This document shows positions 9,099 to 18,744 of a DNA stretch of 64,000 bases, in pieces. The notes beneath the pieces are model-generated. The model saw only the letters and a list, made by a program, of their open reading frames with translations, did not search any database and was not told where the DNA came from. Source of the stretch: Candidatus Brocadiia bacterium. GTDB lineage: Bacteria; Planctomycetota; Brocadiia; CAIUPP01. The translations under genes and the position numbers were made by a program. The stretch lies in assembly GCA_050015075.1 (NCBI GenBank), contig JBEKCB010000011.1, positions 36,640-100,639 on the forward strand, in the 5' to 3' direction. How positions within the stretch are numbered: the first letter of the stretch is position 1; each line of letters begins with the position of its first letter.

Positions 9099-9419
9099 CA
9101 CCCCGACCTCTGCGTCGTCCTCGTGACGGTCGGCAAGCGCGACGAGGCCGAGAAGATCGGCTCGGCGCTCGTCGAGGAGAAGCTCGCCGCCTGCTGCAAC
9201 CTCGTCGGGCCGATCCGCTCCATCTATCGCTGGAAGGGGGAAATCTGCCGCGACGAGGAGACGCTCCTGATCCTCAAGACGCGGCGCGAGGGGTTCGAGA
9301 AACTCCGCGCGCGGGTCATCGCCCTTCACAGTTACACCGTCCCGGAGATCGTCGCCATCCCGATCGTCGCAGGGCATGCGCCGTACCTCGACTGGGTCCG
9401 CGACGAGACCCTCGGATGA
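9018..9419 (+). CDS. cutA: Divalent-cation tolerance protein CutA (start codon uncertain)
   Basis: CutA1 signature …VVLVT…AE.IG.ALVEEKLAAC.N…SIYRW.G.I…E.LLI.KT…VPEI…I. The conserved domain begins near 9110. The ORF track begins at a TTG inside the repeat. Confidence 0.8.
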   Translation: MGNWETGKLGFGKSASPDLPITQSPNLHPDLCVVLVTVGKRDEAEKIGSALVEEKLAACCNLVGPIRSIYRWKGEICRDEETLLILKTRREGFEKLRARVIALHSYTVPEIVAIPIVAGHAPYLDWVRDETLG

Positions 9420-10432
9420 GCGGCATCGCGCGCATGACTCCCGAGGAGATCGAGCGCACGATCGGGATCACGACGACGGTCCCGGTCGAGGCGATCTTCG
9501 CCGCCGGGCTGCGCCCGCTCGATCTCAACAACGTCTTCATCACCTCCGGCATCGCGCCCGAACTCGTCGAGGAGGCCGAGCGGAGCGGCTTCCCGCGCAA
9601 TTCCTGCTCGTGGAACAAGGGCCTCTTCTCCACCGCGCGCCGGCTGGGGCTGAAGCGGATTGCCGCGGTCGTCCAGGGCGACTGCGCGAACACGCACGCG
9701 CTCGTCGAGATGCTGCGCGCGGACTCGGTCGAGATCGTCCCGTTCGCGTTTCCGTATTCGCCGGCGGATTCGGCGCTGCTGGAACTGGCGCTCGACCGCT
9801 TCGCCGCGGCGCTGGGCGCCACGCGGCAGGAGGCGGAGGACTGGAAAGCGCCGCTGGACCGCGCGCGCTCGCTGGCCCACCGGATGGACGAATTGAACTG
9901 GCGCGAGAACCGCGCCACCGGAGCGGAGCAGCATCTCTGGACGATCTCGTGCAGCGATTTCTTCGGCGACCCGGAGCGCTACGCCGCGCGCGCGTCGGAG
10001 CGGATCGCCGAGTGCGCGGCGCGGCCGCCGGACGAACGATCCGTTCGCCTGGGGCTCATGGGCGTCCCGCCGATCTGCGACGGATTCTTCGAGCTGCTCG
10101 AATCGCACGGCGCGCGCGTGGTCTTCAACGAGATCCCGCGCCAGTTCGCCATGCCGGGCCCGACGCGCTCGCTCGTCGAGCAGTACTCGCGCTACACCTA
10201 TCCGTACGACATCTTCCACCGCCTGGCCGACATCCGCGAACAGCTCGCGCTGCGGCGCGTGCGGGGCCTGATCCACTACGTGCAGAGCTTCTGCTTCCGG
10301 CAGGTGCAGGACGCGATCGTGCGCCGCGAGTTGCGGCTGCCGATCCTCACGCTCGAGTGCGACCGCCCCGGCCCGCCCGACATGCGCACGCAGACGCGGA
10401 TCGAGGCGTTCCTGGAGATGCTCGGCGGCTGA
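9416..10432 (+). CDS. 2-hydroxyacyl-CoA dehydratase (HgdB/BcrC/BadD) family protein, single subunit
   Basis: Length and Cys pattern fit the HGD-D family (inference from remembered family features). 4-bp overlap with the cutA stop. The partner activase-like gene is 23 kb away (33667-34500). Confidence 0.6.
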   Translation: MSGIARMTPEEIERTIGITTTVPVEAIFAAGLRPLDLNNVFITSGIAPELVEEAERSGFPRNSCSWNKGLFSTARRLGLKRIAAVVQGDCANTHALVEMLRADSVEIVPFAFPYSPADSALLELALDRFAAALGATRQEAEDWKAPLDRARSLAHRMDELNWRENRATGAEQHLWTISCSDFFGDPERYAARASERIAECAARPPDERSVRLGLMGVPPICDGFFELLESHGARVVFNEIPRQFAMPGPTRSLVEQYSRYTYPYDIFHRLADIREQLALRRVRGLIHYVQSFCFRQVQDAIVRRELRLPILTLECDRPGPPDMRTQTRIEAFLEMLGG

Positions 10433-10443
10433 TACGACTTCTT

Positions 10444-10521
10444 CACCACCAAGACACGAAGGCACCAAGAACGGAAAGCGGGACACAGTCTCAGAAATTT
10501 TGTTCTTGGTGCCTTGGTGGT
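10444..10521. repeat. Palindromic repeat family E, copy 1 (caccaccaagacacgaaggcaccaagaac… / gttcttggtgccttggtgg)
   Basis: Inverted arms flank a 27-nt loop. Related copies lie at 15461-15608 and 18745-18843. Downstream of the HgdB-like gene. Confidence 0.65.
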
Positions 10522-10555
10522 TAAAGAACGGTTCAAACAATGAAGGACGCGGAGG

Positions 10556-11344
10556 ATGTTCGGATTCCTAAAGGGACGCCGGCGGAAAGAGCTGAAGGCC
10601 GCTCCATTTCCGGCCGAATGGCGGGAGATCATCGAGAGGAACATGGCGCTCTATCGGCGCCTGCCCGAAGCGGACCGGCGCGAGTTGCTCGGTCACGTCC
10701 AGGTGTTCGTCGCGGAGAAACCGTTCGAGGGATGCGGCGGGCTCGCGATCACCGATGAGATCCGCGTGACCGTCGCCGCGCAGGCCTGCCTGCTGCTGTT
10801 GCATCGCCAGACCGATTACTTCCCGCGCCTGTACTCGATCGTCGTCTACCCGACCAGCTTCGTCGCCAAGACGATCAAGCAGGAAGGGCCCGGCATGATC
10901 GCCGAGGGCCCGGTAGCGCGGCTCGGCGAGACCTGGCTTCGCGGGCCGCTGGTGCTTTCGTGGGACGACGTGCTCGCTGACGCGTCGGGCTCGCGGACCG
11001 GGTCGAACGTCGTCCTCCACGAGTTCGCGCACGAACTGGACGACGAGGACGGCGAGGCGAACGGCGCGCCGGCGCTCGAACGCGGCCAGAGTTACGCCGA
11101 CTGGGCGCGCGTGCTCGGCGCGGCCTACGAGCGGCTCCGGCGCGACGTCGAGCGCGGCCGGGAGTCGGTCCTCGACGACTACGGCGCCGAAAATCCCGCC
11201 GAGTTTTTCGCCGTCGCGACGGAGTGTTTCTTTGAGATGCCCGTGGACCTGCGAATCCAGCAGCCGGAGCTTTACGAGAAGCTTGAGGAGTTCTATCAGC
11301 AGGATCCGGCGACTTGGAAAGAGACGATGGACGATGGACGATAG
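10556..11344 (+). CDS. mtfA: MtfA-like zinc-dependent peptidase (M90 family, HExxH)
   Basis: HEFAHELD zinc-binding motif and length and context typical of Mlc titration factor A/YeeI. The last codons and stop are encoded by repeat B1. Confidence 0.7.
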   Translation: MFGFLKGRRRKELKAAPFPAEWREIIERNMALYRRLPEADRRELLGHVQVFVAEKPFEGCGGLAITDEIRVTVAAQACLLLLHRQTDYFPRLYSIVVYPTSFVAKTIKQEGPGMIAEGPVARLGETWLRGPLVLSWDDVLADASGSRTGSNVVLHEFAHELDDEDGEANGAPALERGQSYADWARVLGAAYERLRRDVERGRESVLDDYGAENPAEFFAVATECFFEMPVDLRIQQPELYEKLEEFYQQDPATWKETMDDGR

Positions 11345-11458
11345 ACGACCGACGATGGACGATAGACGATGGAGGATGCCACCCGGTGCAGAGCAGCACA
11401 TGCCCCGCGGCTGGCGATCATCCATCGTCTATCGTCCGTCGTCTATCGTCACCTCGCG
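11331..11458. repeat. Palindromic repeat family B, copy 1 (gacgatggacgatagacg units vs ccatcgtctatcgtccgtcgtctatcgtc)
   Basis: Left arm of tandem GACGATGGACGATAGAC units, about 50-nt loop, right arm the reverse complement. Exactly fills the mtfA(+)/polX(-) convergent gap. Confidence 0.7.
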
Positions 11459-13158
11459 CCTTTCCCTTTCGGCGGCGTGGCGCGCGCGTTGAGCACGTTC
11501 GATTTCTCTAGCCATCCTCGCTGCGCCGTGGCGACGCCGTAGCGCATCAGTTGCAGGTCCTCGGTGCTGTGCGCGTCGGTGTTGATGACGACCTGGACGC
11601 CCAGTTCCTTCGCGCGGCGGCACGCCTGGTCGGTGAGGTCCAACCGCAGCGGGTTCGCGTTCAGCTCGATGGCCGTCCCATTCCGCGCTGCGGCCTTGAG
11701 CACCGCCTCGACGTCCACCGCGTACCCCTCGCGCCGGCCGAGCAGCCGGCCGGTCAAGTGGCCGATGCAGTCCACGTTCGGGTTGGCGACCGCCTTGAGA
11801 ATCCGCTGCGTCATCTTCTCCTTGTCCTGCCGGAAGGCGCTGTGGACGGAGGCAATGACGAAATCGAGCTTGGCCAGCGCCGAGTCGGGCAGGTCGAGCG
11901 TGCCGTCGGCGCGGATATCCATCTCCGTCCCGGTCAGCAGCGTGATGTCGCGGAGTTTTTTCGCCGCGGCGCGCACCGCGGCGACCTCTTTCATGAGGCC
12001 GTCCACGTCGAGCCCGCCGAAGATCTTGAGCGCGCGTGTGTGGTCCGAGATCACGATGTACTTGCGCCCGAGCGCCCGGGCGGCGCGCGCCATTTCCTCG
12101 ATCGTGTTGCGCCCGTCGCTCCATTTCGTGTGGACGTGCAGGTCGCCGCGGATGTCGCCCAACTCGATCAGCCTCGGCAGCGCGCCTTTCTGCGCGGCCT
12201 CGATTTCGCCGCGGTCCTCGCGCAGTTCGGGCGGGATCAGCGGCAGCTTCAGCGCGCGGTAAACTTCCTCTTCCGTCCGCCCGGCGATGCGCCGGTTGCC
12301 CTTGAAGATGCCGTATTCGCTCAACTTGAGCCCGCGCTCGCGCGCCATCGCGCGGAGGCGGATGTTGTGCGCCTTCGAGCCGGTGAAGTACTGGAGCGCC
12401 GCGCCGAACGCCTCCGGCGGCACCACGCGCAGGTCCACCTGCACGCCGGACTCCATCACGATGCTCGCCTTCGTGCCGCCCGCGCCGAGGATGCGCCGGA
12501 CCTCGGGCAGTTTCGTGAATGCGCCGATGATCTTGCTGGAGGCGGCGCCCGCTCCCGCGGCGAGGATGTCAATATCGCCGATCGTCTCGCACATGCGCCT
12601 GAGACTTCCGGCGGCGAGCGCGCCCCGGACGCCGCGCTCTTCGAGCTGTGCGACGATTTTCTCGGCGAGCGGCAGCGCCTCGCCGAGCAGCATCCGCCGC
12701 GAACTGGCCTTGGCGAACTTGATCGCTCCCAGAAAGCCCGCCGCCTTTTTCGCGCCGATGCCCGGCACCCCGGCGAGCTTTCCGGTGCGCGCGGCCTCGG
12801 TGAATTCCCTGAGCGTGTTGATCCCGAGTTTCTCGTGGACCTGCGCCGCCGTCCGCGGCCCGACGCCGGGGATCTCCATCATCCGGAGAACGCCGGGCGG
12901 GACGGCTTTCAGGACCTCGGTGAGTTTCTCGATCTTGCCGGTCGTCAGCGCCTGGACGATTTTCTTCTCGATACTCTCGCCGATGCCGGGAAGTTCCTTC
13001 AGCCGATTCTCGCGAACGAGCGTCGCGACATCCTCCGTCTGGTCGCGCAAGACGCGCGCGGCCCTGCGGTAGGCGCTCAGCTTGAACGGGTTCTCGCCCT
13101 TGAATTCGAGAAGATTGGCCAGCGTTTCGAGCATTCCTGCGATTTCGTCGTTGCGCAT
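11449..13158 (-). CDS. polX: DNA polymerase/3'-5' exonuclease PolX (family X polymerase with C-terminal PHP domain)
   Basis: Pol beta-like HhH and palm (…GIGESIEKKI…LPGIG…DIDIL…), then a PHP domain (DLHVHTKWSDG…ISDHT…). Start at MRNDEIAG. Confidence 0.85.
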   Translation of the reverse strand: MRNDEIAGMLETLANLLEFKGENPFKLSAYRRAARVLRDQTEDVATLVRENRLKELPGIGESIEKKIVQALTTGKIEKLTEVLKAVPPGVLRMMEIPGVGPRTAAQVHEKLGINTLREFTEAARTGKLAGVPGIGAKKAAGFLGAIKFAKASSRRMLLGEALPLAEKIVAQLEERGVRGALAAGSLRRMCETIGDIDILAAGAGAASSKIIGAFTKLPEVRRILGAGGTKASIVMESGVQVDLRVVPPEAFGAALQYFTGSKAHNIRLRAMARERGLKLSEYGIFKGNRRIAGRTEEEVYRALKLPLIPPELREDRGEIEAAQKGALPRLIELGDIRGDLHVHTKWSDGRNTIEEMARAARALGRKYIVISDHTRALKIFGGLDVDGLMKEVAAVRAAAKKLRDITLLTGTEMDIRADGTLDLPDSALAKLDFVIASVHSAFRQDKEKMTQRILKAVANPNVDCIGHLTGRLLGRREGYAVDVEAVLKAAARNGTAIELNANPLRLDLTDQACRRAKELGVQVVINTDAHSTEDLQLMRYGVATAQRGWLEKSNVLNARATPPKGKGAR

Positions 13159-13289
13159 CGTGTGCCCCTGTCTTTCGTGACACCTGGATATCTTGCCCGC
13201 TGAAGCGCCCGCCCCGTTTCCATCGTACATCGGCCGCTCAAACGAAGCAAGGAAAGCAAATGAATTGCCACATGCTGAGAATTTTCTTA

Positions 13290-13318
13290 TTGACGAAGGC
13301 GACGTATGTCGGTATAAT
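13290..13318 (+). promoter_or_regulatory. Near-perfect sigma70 promoter: TTGACG-17 nt-TATAAT with an AT-rich UP-like element
   Basis: Read directly: attttcttaTTGACGaaggcgacgtatgtcggTATAATgcaag. Rare in a roughly 68% GC background. Oriented toward rny 540 nt downstream. Confidence 0.6.
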
Positions 13319-13460
13319 GCAAGAGCTTTTGCGGATTGTCAGTTCATAACGCGGTCGGAGTGCGTGGCTGCGTGCGGGCTGGTCCGCGCAGGCGGGAGGA
13401 AGAGAGTCTGAGATCGTGTTCTCCCGTGGGCGAGTTTGAGCGTTTTGTGGAATCGGCAAA

Positions 13461-13736
13461 ATGAGCCTTCTGTCTGAACAGGTCGGCAGGCGGGCGTCGC
13501 CGGGGGTCGGCAAGGTCTCTGCGATCTTCCTCCTGATGGCGCTGGTCGGCCGGCTGATCGGACATGTCGTGGCTCGGTTCGCTTTGAGCATTTGCTGCCT
13601 GATGCGCGCGTTCTGGACCGGGACTATCGGACCCAGGCTGTTCGGCGTGCGGCGTTTCGACTCGTCTGCGCCGCGGACGGCCGGGCCGGCTTTGCAGCCA
13701 CAGGCTGAAATCCTGGTTTACTTGCCGAACGCGTAA
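13461..13736 (+). CDS. Possible small membrane protein (91 aa) in the rny leader
   Basis: ORF with one strongly hydrophobic stretch (VSAIFLLMALVGRLIGHVVARFALSICCLM). No clear SD. It may instead be non-coding leader RNA. Confidence 0.25.
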   Translation: MSLLSEQVGRRASPGVGKVSAIFLLMALVGRLIGHVVARFALSICCLMRAFWTGTIGPRLFGVRRFDSSAPRTAGPALQPQAEILVYLPNA

Positions 13737-13856
13737 GCTCGGGGATTCCGCGCTCGCCTCGCACACCTCAAACCTCTTCTCTCGGGTTATCCCGTCTCCG
13801 CGCAGCCCCTGCGCCTCCGCCCTGAACAGCACACTTGAGAAAGGCGGGAGGATTCG

Positions 13857-15449
13857 ATGTTGAATCTTGCGCAAGTGGTGCAGGCGACGGGCTTCTGGAC
13901 GAGCGACAAGGTCCTGCTCCTGACGGGGCTGTGCGGCCTCCTCGCGGGCGGCATGGGGATTTATGCCATCAGTTGGCTCCGGGCCAGCGGCGCGGTCGTC
14001 CGCGCCCGCAAGGTCATTGCCGACGCCTCCGAGCAGGCCGAGCGCGTGAAGAAAGACGCCGAGGTCGCCGCGAAGGAGGAGTACATCAAGCGCCACGAGG
14101 CGCTCGAGTCGGAGGGAAACGCGCAGCGCGGGGAATTGCGCGAGACGGAGAAGCGCCTGACCAAACGCGAAGACGGCCTTGAACACAAGCTCGACCTGCT
14201 GAACAAGAAGGAAAATTACGTCGAGACCCTCGAGCGGAGCGTGGCGGCCAAGCGCAAAGAGCTCAACGCCGAACAGGCCGAGCTCGAGCACTTGATGGAG
14301 CAGGAGAAGATCACGCTGCACAAGCTCTCCGAGCTCACGCGCGAAGAGGCGCAACAGCTCCTGATGCGCCGGCTCGAGGACGAGCTGCAGAAGGAATGCG
14401 CGGAGCTGGTGGCGCGCCGCATGGCCGAGGCGAAGGAGAACGTCGAGCGCGAGGCGCGCAAAATCCTGGGCATCGCCATCCAGCGCTACGCCGCCGACCA
14501 CTGCGTCGAGAGCGTCGTGGCCGCCGTTGAACTTCCCAGCGACGACATGAAGGGCCGCATTATCGGCCGCGAAGGCCGCAACATCCGCGCCTTCGAGAAA
14601 GCCACCGGCATGGACGTGGTCGTGGACGACACGCCCGGCGTGGTCGTCATCAGCGGCTTCGACGGCGTCCGCCGCGAGATGGCCCGCCGCTCGATGGAAA
14701 AGCTCGTCCGCGACGGCCGCATCCATCCCGCTCGCATCGAGGAGGTCGTCGAGCAGTCCAAGAAGGAGATGGAGCAGGTCATCATGGACACCGGCAAGGA
14801 AGCCGCGTTCGACGTGGGCCTGCACAACCTCCACCCGCTCGAACTCGAATGCCTCGGCCGCCTGAAATTCCGCACCAGCTACGGGCAGAACCAACTTCAG
14901 CATTCGATGGAGGTCGCGCACCTGGCCGGCACGATGGCCGCCGAACTCGGCCTCGACATTCAGCTCGCCAAGCGCTGCGGCCTGCTCCATGACATCGGCA
15001 AATCCGTGGACCAGGAAGTCGAAGGCTCGCACCCGCAGCTCGGCGCCGACATCGCCCGCAAATGCGGCGAGCCGACCGAGGTCGTCGAGTCCATCGCCGC
15101 CCATCACGACGACATCACCGCCGCGAACATCTTTGTGGTGTTGGTGAGCGCGGCGGACGCCATTTCCGCGGCGCGTCCTGGCGCGCGGCGCGAGACGCTG
15201 GAGAAGTACGTCAAGCGCCTGCAGCGGCTCGAGGAGATCGCCGGCGCCTTCCCGGGAGTCGAGGTCGCCTACGCCATCCGCGCCGGCCGCGAGGTGCGCG
15301 TGATCGTCACCGCCGACCGCGTGGATGAGAAGATGTCCGCCAAGATGTGCCGCGACATCGCCAAGGAGATCGAGGCGGAAATGACGTATCCGGGCGAGGT
15401 CAAGGTGACATTGATCCGCGAGAGCCGGTTCGTCGAAGTGGCCCATTAA
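13857..15449 (+). CDS. rny: Ribonuclease Y (N-terminal TM, coiled-coil, KH and HD domains)
   Basis: KH motif [15 protein letters not shown] and HD motif …HS.EVAHLAG…LLHDIGK. GGAGGA SD 7 nt upstream. Confidence 0.9.
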   Translation: MLNLAQVVQATGFWTSDKVLLLTGLCGLLAGGMGIYAISWLRASGAVVRARKVIADASEQAERVKKDAEVAAKEEYIKRHEALESEGNAQRGELRETEKRLTKREDGLEHKLDLLNKKENYVETLERSVAAKRKELNAEQAELEHLMEQEKITLHKLSELTREEAQQLLMRRLEDELQKECAELVARRMAEAKENVEREARKILGIAIQRYAADHCVESVVAAVELPSDDMKGRIIGREGRNIRAFEKATGMDVVVDDTPGVVVISGFDGVRREMARRSMEKLVRDGRIHPARIEEVVEQSKKEMEQVIMDTGKEAAFDVGLHNLHPLELECLGRLKFRTSYGQNQLQHSMEVAHLAGTMAAELGLDIQLAKRCGLLHDIGKSVDQEVEGSHPQLGADIARKCGEPTEVVESIAAHHDDITAANIFVVLVSAADAISAARPGARRETLEKYVKRLQRLEEIAGAFPGVEVAYAIRAGREVRVIVTADRVDEKMSAKMCRDIAKEIEAEMTYPGEVKVTLIRESRFVEVAH

Positions 15450-15460
15450 TGTCGTTAATG

Positions 15461-15608
15461 GACCACCAAGACACCTAGGCACCAAGGACGACGACTGATA
15501 TTGCAACCACGGAACACACTGAAGACACTGAAGCCGTTTAGGAAAGTCATTCGGTGTGCTCCGTGTATTCCGTGGTGGGAGCCGTTGTCTTTTTGTGCCT
15601 TCTGGTGG
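15461..15608. repeat. Palindromic repeat family E, copy 2 (nested hairpins)
   Basis: Outer arms accaccaagacacctaggcaccaagga / ccttctggtggt. Inner hairpin ccacggaacacac…gtgtattccgtgg. It sits between the convergent rny and dnaJ ends. Confidence 0.6.
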
Positions 15609-15621
15609 TGAGCAAGCCGTG

Positions 15622-16749
15622 CTATTCCGCCGGAATTCCCGCCGAGCGCGCGAACTCCCGCAGAAGCTTTTTCTGCTCCTCCGTGAGGTTCGTCGGCGTC
15701 GTGACGCGGATCGTGACGTAATGGTCGCCGGCGCGCCCGTCGGCGGTGGTCACGCCGCGGCCGCGCAGCCGCAGGGTCGTCCCCGGCTGCGTCCCCGCAG
15801 GAATGCGCAGCGCCACGTCGCCGTTGATCGTCGGCACATGCACCCGCGCGCCGAGCGCCGCCTGGACGGCGTTGATGGTCGCCCCGCCGTAGATGTCGTC
15901 TCCCTTCCGCTTGAACTGCGGATGCTCCTCGACGCGCACTTCCACCAGCAGGTCGCCGCTCGGCCCGCCGTCGCGCCCGGGCTGGCCTTGCCGCGCGAGG
16001 CGGATTTTCTGCCCGTCGCGCACGCCGCGCGGGATCTTCAGGCGGAACCGGCGCGTGGCCTGGATCTCGCCGGTCCCGTTGCACTTCGAGCAGGGCTTGG
16101 CGATCACCTCGCCGCGGCCGTAGCAACGCGGGCAGGGCCGGCTGAACGCGAACGCGCCCTGGACGGCCTGCACGTTTCCGGCGCCGTGGCATACCGGGCA
16201 GACCTGCGAGCGCGTGCCCGGCTCGCTGCCGCTGCCGCCGCAGCGGTCGCAGGAGAATACGCTCGGGATCGCGATCTCCGTCTCGCCGCCGTGCGCGGCC
16301 ATTTCGAACGGCACCTGCAGCGCCACCTCGATGTCCTCGCCTTGCTGCGGCCCTCGGCGCCGGCTGCGGCCGCCGAACGGCGCCTCGCGCCGGAAGAACT
16401 GGCTGAAGATATCGCCCAGGTCGCCCGACTCGGCGCCGGAGAAGTATTCCTCGGCCTGCGGCGCGCTGCGCGGGCGGCCGCCCTGGCGGCTGCGGAATGA
16501 ATCCCAGAACTCGCTCCCGGCGAACCCCTTCGCGCGCGCCTCGCCGAACTGGTCGTACTGCGCGCGCTTGTCCTTGTCGGTCAGCACGTTGTGCGCCTCG
16601 TTGATCTCCTTGAACCGCTGCTCGGCGGTCTTTGAGCCCTTGTTCCGGTCGGGGTGATATTGTTTCGCCAGGTGGCGGAAGGCCTTCTTGATCTCCTCCT
16701 CGCTCGCCGTGCGCGGGACGCCGAGAATCTCGTAGTAATCTTTTGCCAT
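15622..16749 (-). CDS. dnaJ: Chaperone DnaJ (J domain, G/F region, four CxxCxGxG zinc-finger repeats)
   Basis: N-terminus KDYYEILGV…HPD, then CPVCHGAG…CSKCNGTG repeats. No dnaK or grpE is adjacent. Confidence 0.9.
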   Translation of the reverse strand: MAKDYYEILGVPRTASEEEIKKAFRHLAKQYHPDRNKGSKTAEQRFKEINEAHNVLTDKDKRAQYDQFGEARAKGFAGSEFWDSFRSRQGGRPRSAPQAEEYFSGAESGDLGDIFSQFFRREAPFGGRSRRRGPQQGEDIEVALQVPFEMAAHGGETEIAIPSVFSCDRCGGSGSEPGTRSQVCPVCHGAGNVQAVQGAFAFSRPCPRCYGRGEVIAKPCSKCNGTGEIQATRRFRLKIPRGVRDGQKIRLARQGQPGRDGGPSGDLLVEVRVEEHPQFKRKGDDIYGGATINAVQAALGARVHVPTINGDVALRIPAGTQPGTTLRLRGRGVTTADGRAGDHYVTIRVTTPTNLTEEQKKLLREFARSAGIPAE

Positions 16750-17023
16750 AACTCGGCATTGTAAGCCATGCGCGCGGCGTCTTCAACTCACGCGCGACGG
16801 CGGTGCGATATTCGGTGCAGTCGTGGCCGGCGAGGCAATGTCATCGCCGGCCTGATAGCCATGTGAAGGGAACGCAGAAGTCCGCCTGATTTGCGTAGGA
16901 AAGTTCTACACAGGCGGAGGTTGCGCGAATGCAGCTGTGCGCTTAACTACCGTCAGTGCAGTATGATAAGATAATCGAGCCAGATGGCATATCGTTTGCG
17001 GTCTCCTTAAGCGCGAGTGCATC

Positions 17024-17083
17024 GCTTGTAGTGACGCCGTCAGGCGCTAAGTCGTATGCCCTTACGGGCACACTACGAGCGGC
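17024..17083. repeat. Palindromic repeat family D, copy 3
   Basis: cgcttgtagtgacgccgtcaggcgctaagtcgtatgcccttacgggcacactacgagcgg. It lies in the leader of the DUF4159-like gene. Confidence 0.7.
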
Positions 17084-17203
17084 ACGCCACGAGCAAAAGT
17101 TATTGCGTTCACACTGCCCTGGTGATACGATGGAACGCGCGAGTGGGCATCTTCATCGGGCCGCGCTCTACGGATTCTGCGCAGAGCGCAGGAGGGAATC
17201 GTC

Positions 17204-18718
17204 ATGCTCCGTAAAATGACCGCGTTGGGGTTAGCGGTTTGCCTGTTCTACGGCGCAGTCGCCGCGGCGCAGGAGGACATTCCGAGAGGGCCGTGCGGTT
17301 CGAAGCCCGTGGCGCCGCCGCAGTTCCGCAAAGGCGGCGAAGGCGTTCCGCCGCTGCCGCTGCCGGCCACGCCGCTGCGCCGCACCGAGCGCAAGCGCCC
17401 GCCCTCACCGCCGGTCCTCATCGCCAAGATCCAGTTCGGCTCGCTGAAAGAGCTGAAAGTCTCCGACGGAATCCTGCACTATTACGACTGGAACAAGGAC
17501 CCGGCCGACATCCCGAACCTGCTCAATGACGCCGCCGAGCGCGCGCTGAATGTCCATTACACCTGGAAGTCCGGCCCGCTCAGCGCCTTCGCGACCGATC
17601 CCTCGCAGTACCCGATCTACTATTACACCGGCAGCGACGACTTCACGCTCAGCGACGCCGACGTGGCGCGGCTGCGCGACTACGTCCGCGCCGGTGGCGT
17701 GATCTGGGGCGACACCGCGCTCGGCGACCCGGACTTCTTCAAGGCGTTCGTCCGCGAAATGAGCAAGGTCCTGCCCGACCGCAGCTTCCACCGCCTCAAC
17801 GCCGACCATCCGCTGTTCAACTGCTATTACCCGATGAAGCAGGTGGTCTACACGCGGCCCGTGCCTGACGCGCCCAACGGCGAGCCGGTGTTCTACGGCG
17901 TGGACCTCGGCGCGCGGACCGCCATCATGATCTCGCGCTACGGCCTGAGCTGCGGCTGGGACGGCCACAAGCGCGCCGGCGCGTACAACGTGGACCCGAA
18001 CGACGCGCGCAAGCTCGGCGTCAACATGATCGCCTACGCCCTGGCGATGTACCCCATCTCCATCTACCAGAGCGCCGCAAAGATTTATTACCAGGAGGAC
18101 GAGCGCCCGCGCGGCGAGTTCGTCCTGGCGCAGGCGCGGATCGGCGAGAACTGGGATTCGCAGTTCAACGAGATCGCCAACCTGCTCAAGACCACCGCGA
18201 TGAAGACCAGCGCCGAGATCAAGTTCGAGCGCAAAGTCGTGGACCTCGGCAAGAGCGACCTGCAGAGCTATCCGTTCCTCTACATCACCGGCGAGTACGA
18301 TTTCACGCTCAACGCCGTGGAGAAGCGGGCGCTGAAGACCTACCTGGCTGCGGGCGGCTTCATCCTGGCGAGCCCTTCGTGCGGGTCGAGGGAATTCGAC
18401 CGCGCGTTCCGCCGCGAGATCGCCGACCTGTTGCCGGGCCATCCGCTGGAGCGTCTGCCGCCGGAGCATCCGGTGTATGCCATCCTGAACAAAATCAAGG
18501 GCGTCGGCTACTCCGACTACGTCGAGAAGACCGGCGAGACTCCGCCGGCGCTCCCGCTGGAAGGCGTCTCGGTCGGCGCGGCGACGCCGATCATCTACAG
18601 CCCGTACGGCATCGGCGGCGGCTGGCGCGGGTTCGACAACCCGTTCGGCCGCGACATCGCCTCCGACGACGCCACGCGGCTGGGCGTGAACATCATCCTT
18701 TACGCCATGACGCACTAG
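17204..18718 (+). CDS. Secreted protein with tandem-duplicated GATase1/ThuA-like domains (DUF4159-like); first gene of the MoxR/BatA-like cluster
   Basis: Signal peptide. Two internally homologous halves (…YYYTGSDDFTLSDADVARLRDYVRAGGVIWGD… and …LYITGEYDFTLNAVEKRALKTYLAAGGFILAS…). GGAGGG SD. The family name is recalled, not searched. Confidence 0.6.
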   Translation: MLRKMTALGLAVCLFYGAVAAAQEDIPRGPCGSKPVAPPQFRKGGEGVPPLPLPATPLRRTERKRPPSPPVLIAKIQFGSLKELKVSDGILHYYDWNKDPADIPNLLNDAAERALNVHYTWKSGPLSAFATDPSQYPIYYYTGSDDFTLSDADVARLRDYVRAGGVIWGDTALGDPDFFKAFVREMSKVLPDRSFHRLNADHPLFNCYYPMKQVVYTRPVPDAPNGEPVFYGVDLGARTAIMISRYGLSCGWDGHKRAGAYNVDPNDARKLGVNMIAYALAMYPISIYQSAAKIYYQEDERPRGEFVLAQARIGENWDSQFNEIANLLKTTAMKTSAEIKFERKVVDLGKSDLQSYPFLYITGEYDFTLNAVEKRALKTYLAAGGFILASPSCGSREFDRAFRREIADLLPGHPLERLPPEHPVYAILNKIKGVGYSDYVEKTGETPPALPLEGVSVGAATPIIYSPYGIGGGWRGFDNPFGRDIASDDATRLGVNIILYAMTH

Positions 18719-18744
18719 GCGGCGTATTATTGACGTTTGCATAA

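Noticed and set aside
13344-15506. 720-aa ORF on the minus strand
   Set aside because: It is antisense to the clearly homologous rny (RNase Y) gene. Ala/Gly/Arg-rich composition typical of a high-GC out-of-frame artefact.
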